From IMG/VR virus record IMGVR_UViG_3300027710_000010, positions 235,583 to 299,582 of that record: DNA of 64,000 bases. One strand, 5' to 3'. Each line of letters starts with the position of its first letter. Position 1 is the first letter of the stretch. This stretch comes from a virus. Lineage: Duplodnaviria > Heunggongvirae > Uroviricota > Caudoviricetes. Shown one piece after another: positions 1 through 8,799 of the stretch. Under the pieces are notes generated by a model that was not told where the DNA came from, searched no databases, and was given only the letters and a program-made list of their open reading frames with translations. A program made the translations under genes and the position numbers.

Positions 1-470
1 GGTAATTGTTCGTAGTATAAGCCGCCCTTAACATAAATTGTTGCTGGTCCAGTTACAGTATCGCAAGCATATCTAATACTTTTAAATGCTTGGTTTAAAC
101 TTGTACCGTCATTGTCATCATTACCATCTGCTTTAACATAATAAATGCTTTGTGCTGTTGTTAAACCTAACCATTGTGGTAGACCGTCTTTAACAATAAG
201 TGCTTCGCCTTCTGCACCAATTGGCAATCTTTCGTTTTCAGCAACTCCGCGATACATGATATCGCCTTCAGTCGTTAATGGGGTTGCACCCTCAATCATT
301 AACTCCCATTTGGCAGCATCAGTAGAGAAAGCGCCTGCGCTAGTGTGATTAGTAATACACACATAACTGCTTCCGCCGTAGCCAACTACGTCATCTTTGA
401 TGTAGGCCGTAGCTGAAGCCCATGGTCCTTGCCATTTAAATTTTAATCTACCTAGTACTATTTCTGCCAT
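1..470 (-). CDS. Tail spike/fibre protein, N-terminal part (runs off the window); paralog of 8800..12477
   Basis: Not in the ORF track. Hand translation from ATG 470: MAEIVLGRLKFKWQGPWASATAYIKDDVVGYGGSSYVCITNHTS...TTEGDIMYRG...YYVKADGNDDNDGTSLNQAFKSI...YYEQLP, colinear with the N-terminus of the 1225-aa protein; AAGGA SD upstream. Confidence 0.85.
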   Translation of the reverse strand, partial: MAEIVLGRLKFKWQGPWASATAYIKDDVVGYGGSSYVCITNHTSAGAFSTDAAKWELMIEGATPLTTEGDIMYRGVAENERLPIGAEGEALIVKDGLPQWLGLTTAQSIYYVKADGNDDNDGTSLNQAFKSIRYACDTVTGPATIYVKGGLYYEQL

Positions 471-500
471 GGTATTATGTCCTTAATCCCCGTATTCTTA

Positions 501-506
501 TATTTA
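501..506 (-). promoter_or_regulatory. Late promoter motif TAAATA
   Basis: CTAAATA upstream of ATG 470. Confidence 0.5.
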
Positions 507-812
507 GTTTGGCCCATTATGGGTGTAAGCTTCGTTCAATCTTACTACTAAAAATCCGTCTGCATTGATGTAAATATTCATTTTTTCAATGTCTATTAAC
601 CATTGATTATATGTTTCACCATCAGCAGGCACCTCAAAGTTCGCGGTGTCATCAGTAACACTACCGTCTGTTAGGTTAACTGTAGCCCCAGGCGTGTTTA
701 GTTTTACATGGTTGTAGTAAAGTAAGCCATCGTCATCTCTGCGTAGGCCGTGAAAGGTTTCGCCTCCATAGCCGGAAGCGCCACCACTTGAAATTCTGCG
801 GATTTCTGCCAT
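504..812 (-). CDS. Small virion adapter-like protein; paralog of 12500..12856
   Basis: GGAG SD; shares 'L.RD..G.L....V.L' and the C-terminal 'Y.IN.DG..VVR.N..Y' pattern with the 118-aa ORF. Confidence 0.7.
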   Translation of the reverse strand: MAEIRRISSGGASGYGGETFHGLRRDDDGLLYYNHVKLNTPGATVNLTDGSVTDDTANFEVPADGETYNQWLIDIEKMNIYINADGFLVVRLNEAYTHNGPN

Positions 813-827
813 TTTAAGTCTCCGCAG

Positions 828-833
828 TATTTA
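828..833 (-). promoter_or_regulatory. Late promoter motif TAAATA
   Basis: GATAAATAC upstream of the SD and ATG 812. Confidence 0.6.
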
Positions 834-862
834 TCGAATTTTAAGTTTAAAAGATTATTGGG

Positions 863-1063
863 TTAATCTATATCTGCCAACTGCTCTTGAATAGAGATAT
901 GGGACTGCGGCCAGTGACCTTTTGGACAATCACTGGCGCTTAACTTACATTTAACTACCATGATACAGGCACATTCAAGACACATTTTGAATGTATTATC
1001 AAAACTGGTGCAAGTTTTACAAATATTATATCTGTTTGCGTAATCTTGTTTTGTAACAAACAT
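863..1063 (-). CDS. Small Cys-rich protein (CxxC...CxxCxC...CPxGxW)
   Basis: RYNICKTC...KMCLECACIM..K.....DCPKGHW; start overlaps the upstream stop (TAATG). Confidence 0.7.
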   Translation of the reverse strand: MFVTKQDYANRYNICKTCTSFDNTFKMCLECACIMVVKCKLSASDCPKGHWPQSHISIQEQLADID

Positions 1064-1278
1064 TAATTATTAGCGTTTTCAGACAACCATTTGTTAGCAG
1101 ATTCCTCGTCAGCACGTAATTGATCCATTACTTCTTCCCAAGTAGGTGCTTCTGAGCCATGCGGGCATGTCCATTGTGTAAAACGTGTACCTTCTAATTG
1201 AAAGTTTGCATCAGGACGTAGTTTTTTAATAGCAACATCTACACCCCAAAGCAATTCATACGGTAATTGTATTGTCAT
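1063..1278 (-). CDS. Small tail-associated protein, XkdW-like
   Basis: Start re-called to ATG 1278 (AAGGAG SD, TATAAATA upstream); 'AIKKLRPDANF.LEG....W......PTWEEV' resembles XkdW-type tail fibre accessory proteins. Confidence 0.55.
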   Translation of the reverse strand: MTIQLPYELLWGVDVAIKKLRPDANFQLEGTRFTQWTCPHGSEAPTWEEVMDQLRADEESANKWLSENANN

Positions 1279-1295
1279 ACTGTTCTCCTTTGGTT

Positions 1296-1303
1296 TATTT
1301 ATA
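1296..1303 (-). promoter_or_regulatory. T4-type late promoter TATAAATA
   Basis: Exact T4 late consensus upstream of ATG 1278. Confidence 0.7.
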
Positions 1304-1326
1304 GCCACTAGATAGTGATGTTAAAA

Positions 1327-3885
1327 TTAGTATTTTAGTATCACACATCCCAAGCCGCCATTGCCTCCAGGAAAATACGCACTACAATATCCGCCACCAC
1401 CGCCACCGCCACCAAGTCCGTTTACACCGTTTTCTCCATTATTATGGCTTCCTTTTCCACCGCCACCAAGGCCACCAAAACCGGCCATTCCGTTAGCAGT
1501 CCCGCTGTCTCCTTGAAAACTACCACCACCGCCACCACCGTACCATTCTGTTCGACCTGTGATAGTGTAAGCAATACCATTGCCGCCGCTGCCAGCTTTG
1601 GTGGTTAATCCGCGGCCACCGACACTGCCAGCGCCACCACCACCACCAGCTGCATAAGGTGCGGCACCATACGAAGTACCGCCTGCGTTTCCTTGGCCGC
1701 TTGTACCACTGCCTCCTGTAGCTGTTACTGCTCCACCGAATGATCCAGCACCTCCTCCTGAACCGCCCGTTAGTCCTGTTCCAGTGTTATTTCCAATTCC
1801 ACCGCCACCGCCAATCGCAGTCAGCCCAGCAAAAGTAGTGTTTCCACCAGTAGTTCCATTTCCGCCCCCAGAGCCGCCTGCGCCACCGCCAGAATCTAGC
1901 CAGTTTGATATTCCAACACCTGTGCCAATTTCAATAGGATATGCCATTCCAGGTGTAACTGATAGGGCGGAGTTGTAAATAACGCCACCACCACCACCAC
2001 CGCCTCCACATGATCCGCCACCGCCGCCGCTGCCAACTATCAATGCCTGTACAGTAGTTACATTAGGCGGACATACCCACACGCTATTTGAATAAAATAC
2101 ATCACATGATGTTTGTGCTCGATATCTAACTATAACAATTCCTGATCCACCTGCGCCAGAAAAAGACTGTGCGACATTATTGTCAGGTACAGCCGGGCCG
2201 CCACCACCACCGCCACCAGTATTAGGAGTACCGTCTTGACCTCCCGCATCATAACCAGAAAGTCTAGCACATCCGCCATGACCGCCACCGCCCTTGCCGG
2301 CTCGTCCACCAAATGCTCCACCATTATCGTAGCCGCCACCGCCACCGCCGCCGCCGGCGTAAATTACCGGGACGCCAGTAATACTACAAACTAATCCGTT
2401 TCCGCCAGCGCCTGAAAATGACCCTGCGCTGTTTCCTGTTGCATTACCGCCAACCTCGCTGGCGCCACCACCTCCGCCAGAAGTATATGAGCCACCAGCA
2501 ACGCCAGTACCGCCTCTATTACCTTGACCGCTTATTCCTGAACCAGCAAATGGGCCTTGTGATCCGTAACTTGCGCCGCCGCCCGATCCTCCATTTTTTC
2601 CATTACCTACTGGCTCGTTGCCGCCACCGCCACCGCCCATTGCTACAATAGAGCCAAATTGGCTAGGAGCTCCACTCAATCCTGCGGCTGCTCCGGTAGC
2701 CCTTGCTCCGCCAGCTCCAACTTTTACAACGTAGGCAGTCCCTGCAACAACCGGATAAGCAGGATTATATACCATGCCACCAGCCCCGCCTCCTCCGCCA
2801 TAGCGGCAAGCTCCAGACCCGCCTCCTCCCACTGTCAATACTTCAACTACTCCAGTAAACTTTGGCACAAATACAGCTGACCCACTTTTAAAATAGTGTG
2901 TTTTAAACCCGCCTGCGGCAGCAATTTCTCCACCAGTTGCATCATTATACTGAATATCTTTTAATGTTGGCCCTAATGACTCGTGTACTTCTATTGATCG
3001 AACATCTGTATTATATCTAGTTTTTCCTAAATTGGTGTTTACATGATAGCTAACAATTACAATCCCAGATCCCCCAGCACCACCGTCAGCACCACCATCA
3101 CTTCCACCGCCGCCACCGCCTGTATTAGCTGTTCCAGGATTACTACCACTTGCGGCCGACAAACCTGCTCCGCCACCGCCTAGTCCGCCTTGACCATTAC
3201 GAACAAAGTTAGAAGATCCCCCACCACCACCAGCATAATATGTCGCAGTACCGCTAATAGAAAACTGTAGACCTACACCGCCATCGCCTGCAAATATACC
3301 TGATCCATCTCTACCAACTCCGCCTGCACCACCGCCACCGCCAGCTCCGTATCCAGATGCGGCATCACTGCCTGTGCCGCCACGATGGCCTTGATTTAAT
3401 TGTCCTTGTCCAGAACGTGTGTTTGGAGAATTACGAGATCCGCCGGCACCCGAGCCGCCGTTTGATCCCCCGGGACCTGTTGGAAATCCAACAGATTGAC
3501 CACTAGATCCGCCTCCGCCTAATGCTATTAATGTATCAAATGCCGAGTTACTACCATTTGCGCCCACAGCTGATGTACTGGTATTTGTTGAGGCTCCGGC
3601 GCCAACAGTTACCGTCATTAAAGAGCCTGGTGTTACTGGGTAAGCAGGATTATAAATCAATCCTCCTGCACCACCTCCACCACCAACACTTTTGCCGCCA
3701 GCTCCGCCACCACCAACAACTAGTACCGCCACTGCGGTGACGTTTGTAGGAACCGTCCATGAAGTTGTTCCAACTGTAGTAAATGATACTACAGTTCTAG
3801 CACTTGTAGACTGTGCTGTTGTTCCTCTAGGTAACGCTACATATCCAGTATCATCAACTGTCGTGTTTTTAAATGAACTTGTCAT
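1327..3885 (-). CDS. Glycine-rich virion protein with three Gly-rich (polyglycine-II-type) domains
   Basis: Start re-called to MTSSFKN (3885) by similarity to the paralog starts MTSQFKN and MSSSFQN; three repeats of 'F...G..W..P..VT.V..LVVGGGG...GGSGIVIV.Y'. Confidence 0.8.
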   Translation of the reverse strand: MTSSFKNTTVDDTGYVALPRGTTAQSTSARTVVSFTTVGTTSWTVPTNVTAVAVLVVGGGGAGGKSVGGGGGAGGLIYNPAYPVTPGSLMTVTVGAGASTNTSTSAVGANGSNSAFDTLIALGGGGSSGQSVGFPTGPGGSNGGSGAGGSRNSPNTRSGQGQLNQGHRGGTGSDAASGYGAGGGGGAGGVGRDGSGIFAGDGGVGLQFSISGTATYYAGGGGGSSNFVRNGQGGLGGGGAGLSAASGSNPGTANTGGGGGGSDGGADGGAGGSGIVIVSYHVNTNLGKTRYNTDVRSIEVHESLGPTLKDIQYNDATGGEIAAAGGFKTHYFKSGSAVFVPKFTGVVEVLTVGGGGSGACRYGGGGGAGGMVYNPAYPVVAGTAYVVKVGAGGARATGAAAGLSGAPSQFGSIVAMGGGGGGNEPVGNGKNGGSGGGASYGSQGPFAGSGISGQGNRGGTGVAGGSYTSGGGGGASEVGGNATGNSAGSFSGAGGNGLVCSITGVPVIYAGGGGGGGGYDNGGAFGGRAGKGGGGHGGCARLSGYDAGGQDGTPNTGGGGGGGPAVPDNNVAQSFSGAGGSGIVIVRYRAQTSCDVFYSNSVWVCPPNVTTVQALIVGSGGGGGSCGGGGGGGGVIYNSALSVTPGMAYPIEIGTGVGISNWLDSGGGAGGSGGGNGTTGGNTTFAGLTAIGGGGGIGNNTGTGLTGGSGGGAGSFGGAVTATGGSGTSGQGNAGGTSYGAAPYAAGGGGGAGSVGGRGLTTKAGSGGNGIAYTITGRTEWYGGGGGGSFQGDSGTANGMAGFGGLGGGGKGSHNNGENGVNGLGGGGGGGGYCSAYFPGGNGGLGCVILKY

Positions 3886-3890
3886 ATTTG

Positions 3891-6800
3891 TTAATACCCT
3901 TGTACTGAAATAAATGTTAGTGGCGAACCTTCTGAATCTGAAGCTTCTCCTATTCCACAAATAACTTTGTCGCCTGATGCGCAGGTAGTCGAAGTATTTG
4001 TGTTAAAATTTGTCCATCCGCTATCTGGTCCTACTGTAGAATACTGTAGTGTTAGTGTATTTCCGCTTCGCTGCCATTTGAACCAATAATTAATATTTGA
4101 GTTACCGCCTGCTATTAGTGGTGCCGCGTATTGTCCAAAATATGTAGCACTATATCCGCTAGGGAAACCAGAAGTAGCTAATGCACCAAAGTATGGCCCG
4201 CTTGAATCAGAACTGTATCCAGTAAAATCATTGACTGATACGTTTGACCCAAATACAAATCCTGCACCTATATAATTATGATTCCATGAAGCAATTAAAA
4301 TAAAGTCTCCAACAAATTCTCTGTTCCAAATTACTGCCCCATAGTTACTACCTAAACCAGTTTTGTCTGCATACCATATAGTATTGTTAGCAGTAAGTGA
4401 TCCAAACACATTAACTGTACTAGGCAATCTCCATCCATCTGGTGCTAGTGCATCAATTGTAGGTGTATATCGTATTATAGCAATTCCAGATCCGCCACTA
4501 CCGCCTGCGGCATTTGAATACGGAGATCCTATATTGTTACCAGCGCCACCTCCACCACCGCCAGTGTTTGCAACACCTGCTGAGCCATTAGTGTGTTGTG
4601 AACCATTGCCACCACCACCAATTCCTCCAAAACCAGGATTATAGGATTTGGTAGTCATTCCAGTTCCGCCGCCACCACCACCGCCATACCAAGCCGGGTA
4701 ACCAGCCATTGAATACAGTACACCAATACCGCCATTGCCACCTTGACCACTGGCACTATTTGTTCCAGTGGCTCCAGCACCGCCACCACCGCCTCCTGGA
4801 TAACCCGTACCGTTATCACCAGATCCTCCCGCATTTCCCTGTCCCGCTGTACCAGCGGCGCCAGAATTGTTGGAATATGATCCGCCACCACCAGAGCCGC
4901 CGCTAGTTGCCGTATAGTATGCAGTGCCATTCCATCCGGCCCCACGGCCGCCGCCAACAGCAGTTAATGTACTAAATGTTGTATTTCCACCTGAATTAGC
5001 TCCTGTATTTGAACCAGTGCCTCCAGCGCCGATACTTATAGCGTAAGCAGTCCCTGGAGTTACTGATACTGAACTGTTATATAATACGCCGCCAGCGCCG
5101 CCACCAGCGGCACCAATGTCATTGCCAGTTCCATTTGATCCACCAGATCCACCGCCACCTACTAGCAGAGCTTCCACTGTAGTCACACCTGGCGGGCAAG
5201 TCCATGTGCCGCTTGTTAGAAATGTATCACTAACTTTTACTTCAGTAGTAGGATAGCGTATAATTATTACACCTGATCCGCCTTTGCCACCAGCACCAGA
5301 AGTTAAGCTATTAGTTCCACCAGCGCCTCCGCCGCCGCCAGTTGCTGGTACTCCAGGAAATCCGTTACCTAATGTTCCTGCACCGCCAACACTTGAACCG
5401 CCAGAAGTCACAGTTGCATAATCATCAGTGCTGGCGCCGTATTTGCTTCCGCCACCTCCGCCACCATAATATGTATATGCATTTACAAAATTTGATCCAA
5501 TAATAGCAAACCCTTGTCCGGCACCGCCGTTGCCCGGAGAAGTATTAGTTGAAGCTTCCCCACCAACACCGCCTGCGCCACCGCCGCCTGCTCCTGCCCA
5601 AGATCCAGTACCACCTCGACCAGAACCACCTTTAAATCCCTGTCCTGCTATTCCAGATCCTCCTGGGCAGATACCTCCAATATTTGGTTCTGCGCTGCCA
5701 CCACCACCGCCTGAAGCGCCGTTCAATCCTGGTCTTACACCAAAGCCACTTTGAGAATATCCGCTGCCACCGCCACCACCATAAGCTATAATATTATCGA
5801 ATACTGAATTACTACCAGTTGATCCTAAACTATAGTTAGCTGTTCCGCCGCCGGCGCCCCCATCGCCAACTGTTACAGTATATGCTGTATTTGCTTTGAC
5901 TGGGTAAGCCGCAGTGTAAACAACGCCACCACCACCACCACCACCCATGCCTGCACCAGCAGTGGGCGTTCCACCGCCACCACCACCACCACCTACTACT
6001 AATAATTCTACAAATCCGTCAAACTGTGGAGTAAATGTAGATGCACCAACAGTGCTAAATGTGTGAATTTTATATCCACTATTATAAGCAATTGAACCGC
6101 CAGTAGCATTATTAAGGGTAGCTCCATTTTGAGCACCACTAAAAGTTGTCCATTGTTTATTATCTAAAACTTCTGCTTTTTTAGTTTCACTGTTAAATCT
6201 TACTCGACCCTCGCCGCCAGTGCCGCTAGATTTATATCGTACTACAACAATTCCAGAGCCACCAGCGCCACTATTAACTCCAGTTCCAGTGTATGCGCCA
6301 CCGGCGCCACCACCACCACCAGTATTAGCAGTTCCAGCAATACCATCATATGAGTTTGTTAGTGTAGGATTTTGTGCTGAACCAGCTCGACCACCGCCAC
6401 CTTGACCGCCTAATCCAGGATAACCAGCGGGAGATTCTCCACCGCCACCGCCACCACCAGCATACCAAGTTGGTGTTCCTGTAATGGAAATACACATACC
6501 TTCGCCACCGTTGCCGTTAGTTGTAGAAGAAGCATCTCTTCCACGCTGGCCTGCGCCACCACCACCTGCGCCGCAATAGTTTCCACTTCCTGGATATGTA
6601 TAGCTGTCTCCGCCAAAATTTCCTTGACCGTTTGTGCCAGATGCGCCTGAGCCTGGTGAAGCATTGCCTAAACCAGCGCCACCACCTGATCCACCAGAAG
6701 TGGGAGCCTTGCCATTCCATGCGCCACCACCGCCGCCACCGATGGCTGTTAGTGCTCCAAAAACACTATTACCCCCATTATTGCCAACAACAGAATTACC

Positions 6801-7115
6801 TACTGATGCTCCGCCAGCACCCACTGTTACAGTGATTGATGCCCCAACGGTTACAGGATAATCAGTTCTATGAATTAATCCGCCTGCGCCTCCGCCCCCA
6901 GCGCCTCCATTACCACCACCACCGCTGCCGCCTCCAGCAACTACTAATACTTCAACTTCACTAATGCCTGCAGGTACAGTCCATGATGTAGTGCCTACAG
7001 ATGTAAATTGCACCACAGTGTATTGAGGATTCGTTGTTCGTTGTGCCGTTGTTCCTACTGGCAATTGCAGAAATCCAGACCCTGTAACTGTTAAATTTTT
7101 AAATTGTGATGTCAT
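3891..7115 (-). CDS. Glycine-rich virion protein (three Gly-rich domains plus a C-terminal beta-rich domain)
   Basis: 1074-aa ORF with the same module boundaries as its neighbours and an aromatic-rich C-terminal ~190 aa. Confidence 0.8.
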   Translation of the reverse strand: MTSQFKNLTVTGSGFLQLPVGTTAQRTTNPQYTVVQFTSVGTTSWTVPAGISEVEVLVVAGGGSGGGGNGGAGGGGAGGLIHRTDYPVTVGASITVTVGAGGASVGNSVVGNNGGNSVFGALTAIGGGGGGAWNGKAPTSGGSGGGAGLGNASPGSGASGTNGQGNFGGDSYTYPGSGNYCGAGGGGAGQRGRDASSTTNGNGGEGMCISITGTPTWYAGGGGGGGESPAGYPGLGGQGGGGRAGSAQNPTLTNSYDGIAGTANTGGGGGAGGAYTGTGVNSGAGGSGIVVVRYKSSGTGGEGRVRFNSETKKAEVLDNKQWTTFSGAQNGATLNNATGGSIAYNSGYKIHTFSTVGASTFTPQFDGFVELLVVGGGGGGGGTPTAGAGMGGGGGGGVVYTAAYPVKANTAYTVTVGDGGAGGGTANYSLGSTGSNSVFDNIIAYGGGGGSGYSQSGFGVRPGLNGASGGGGGSAEPNIGGICPGGSGIAGQGFKGGSGRGGTGSWAGAGGGGAGGVGGEASTNTSPGNGGAGQGFAIIGSNFVNAYTYYGGGGGGSKYGASTDDYATVTSGGSSVGGAGTLGNGFPGVPATGGGGGAGGTNSLTSGAGGKGGSGVIIIRYPTTEVKVSDTFLTSGTWTCPPGVTTVEALLVGGGGSGGSNGTGNDIGAAGGGAGGVLYNSSVSVTPGTAYAISIGAGGTGSNTGANSGGNTTFSTLTAVGGGRGAGWNGTAYYTATSGGSGGGGSYSNNSGAAGTAGQGNAGGSGDNGTGYPGGGGGGAGATGTNSASGQGGNGGIGVLYSMAGYPAWYGGGGGGGTGMTTKSYNPGFGGIGGGGNGSQHTNGSAGVANTGGGGGGAGNNIGSPYSNAAGGSGGSGIAIIRYTPTIDALAPDGWRLPSTVNVFGSLTANNTIWYADKTGLGSNYGAVIWNREFVGDFILIASWNHNYIGAGFVFGSNVSVNDFTGYSSDSSGPYFGALATSGFPSGYSATYFGQYAAPLIAGGNSNINYWFKWQRSGNTLTLQYSTVGPDSGWTNFNTNTSTTCASGDKVICGIGEASDSEGSPLTFISVQGY

Positions 7116-7121
7116 TTTTTA

Positions 7122-8798
7122 TTAAAGTCCGTATCTTGTTTGTAGTACAGCAAAGTTTGCCATGCGTTCTGTGTCAGTCAATGCTCTATTGTACATGGCA
7201 AAGTAATATACTCTTCCTGGCCAGCCTAATCCAATAATAGCAGGATCTTTTCTATTCCAAATTGCCGTATCTGCTACTCCTCCGCCCTGACTGTCGGCTA
7301 CGTTGACACCATTTCTAAACACTTGCCTATATGGAAGTTGATCTGTTCTAGTACGCCAAGCAGAATGCCTAACAGCTCCAACAAAGTCTCTATCACTATT
7401 TGGATAAACTGTACGACTGTTTATATCACAGCATCCGTGAACATCGTAATATATAGCATTTCCACCATAGACAAAGTGGCATGCTAGTCTTGATGAGGTG
7501 TATGGGTAATTTTTAGGAGTACAAGAAAAATGATAAAACCAATTAGTTTGCCCATTATTGACATATGTCACAGATTCAATGTAATGTTCTTGATCTAGAT
7601 CCAAGGTGTCACAAGGCGGGCCATAAAATGCAGCATTATTAAACCCATTGGTCCAATTTGATCCAGGCAAATTAAAATAACTGCCTGTGCCTGCACTAAC
7701 CCACGGAGCTTGTGATGCATTAATATAGAAGTGCCTATTGTTACCACTTATGTCATACCAAATATTGCCAAACCCCGGGTAACTTCTTCTGTCTCCTGCG
7801 TCTAATAAAAATACTAGCCCGTCAGTAGTCCACCCAGCTTGTGTATTCCCTGAGTTACGTGTTCCAGAAAATGTTTCTATCTTTTTATTTGTAGTGCTGT
7901 ATCTAATATCGCCTTCTACTGAAGATTTCCAAGAAATAATTACGATTCCAGAGCCGCCATTTCCTGCAGGCCCAGATGAATTATCACCACTTCCGCCGCC
8001 GCCGCCACCTAAGCCGTTGCCGCCATTAAATCCTATAGCAAGTTGTGAACCCGTTTGATCAGCAACACTGTCGCCACCACCACCAGCGCCGCCGCTTCCT
8101 TTGTATACTGTGCCGCCGCCTGTTGATTGAATTGCGCCAGCGCCACCTCCACCGTAATATGCAGTAATCCCGCTTATGCTGTAGGCAACACCATTGCCGC
8201 CGTTGCCGCCGTATGATACTTGTCCAGCTTGGCCAACTGCACCAGCTCCGCCACCACCGCCGCCTGACCATGTATTTCCAGCGCCGCTTGTACCTGATCT
8301 ACCATTGCCACCTGCACTACCCTGACCAACTGTACCTGAGCCGCCTGTGCCATTATATGTGCCACCACCGCCTGAGCCGCCACTATTGCCATTTCTCCAG
8401 CTAACAGTAGCATTTTCGTTCCCGCCAAATCCACCGCCAATGGCTGTTATTGTAGCAAATACCGAGTTACTACCGTTTGTAGCTTGAATAGCGTTTGTTG
8501 CGCTTCCTTGTCCACCAGCACCCACAGTGATCGAGTATGCATTGCCTGGAGTTACTGAGAAAGAAGAATTGTATACAACGCCACCTGCGCCTCCACCCCC
8601 ACCAGCAGTACCTGATCCGCCTCCACCCCCACCAGCAACTACTAATACTGCAACGGATGTAACTCCGGTTGGACAAGTCCACGATTGGCCTGCACCAACA
8701 GCGTTAAACACAACTGTTGATCGTTGAGCAGTTGTACCAGTCGCAACTTTAAAATGACCAGTATCGTTTATAGTTACATTTTGAAACGAACTAGACAT
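7122..8798 (-). CDS. Glycine-rich virion protein with C-terminal LamG/concanavalin-like domain
   Basis: One Gly-rich module, then 'TDGLVFLLDAG...SYPG.G..WYDISGN' and 'MYNRALT..E...NF.....RYGL', typical of phage LamG-like domains. Confidence 0.75.
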   Translation of the reverse strand: MSSSFQNVTINDTGHFKVATGTTAQRSTVVFNAVGAGQSWTCPTGVTSVAVLVVAGGGGGGSGTAGGGGGAGGVVYNSSFSVTPGNAYSITVGAGGQGSATNAIQATNGSNSVFATITAIGGGFGGNENATVSWRNGNSGGSGGGGTYNGTGGSGTVGQGSAGGNGRSGTSGAGNTWSGGGGGGAGAVGQAGQVSYGGNGGNGVAYSISGITAYYGGGGAGAIQSTGGGTVYKGSGGAGGGGDSVADQTGSQLAIGFNGGNGLGGGGGGSGDNSSGPAGNGGSGIVIISWKSSVEGDIRYSTTNKKIETFSGTRNSGNTQAGWTTDGLVFLLDAGDRRSYPGFGNIWYDISGNNRHFYINASQAPWVSAGTGSYFNLPGSNWTNGFNNAAFYGPPCDTLDLDQEHYIESVTYVNNGQTNWFYHFSCTPKNYPYTSSRLACHFVYGGNAIYYDVHGCCDINSRTVYPNSDRDFVGAVRHSAWRTRTDQLPYRQVFRNGVNVADSQGGGVADTAIWNRKDPAIIGLGWPGRVYYFAMYNRALTDTERMANFAVLQTRYGL

Positions 8799-8799
8799 G

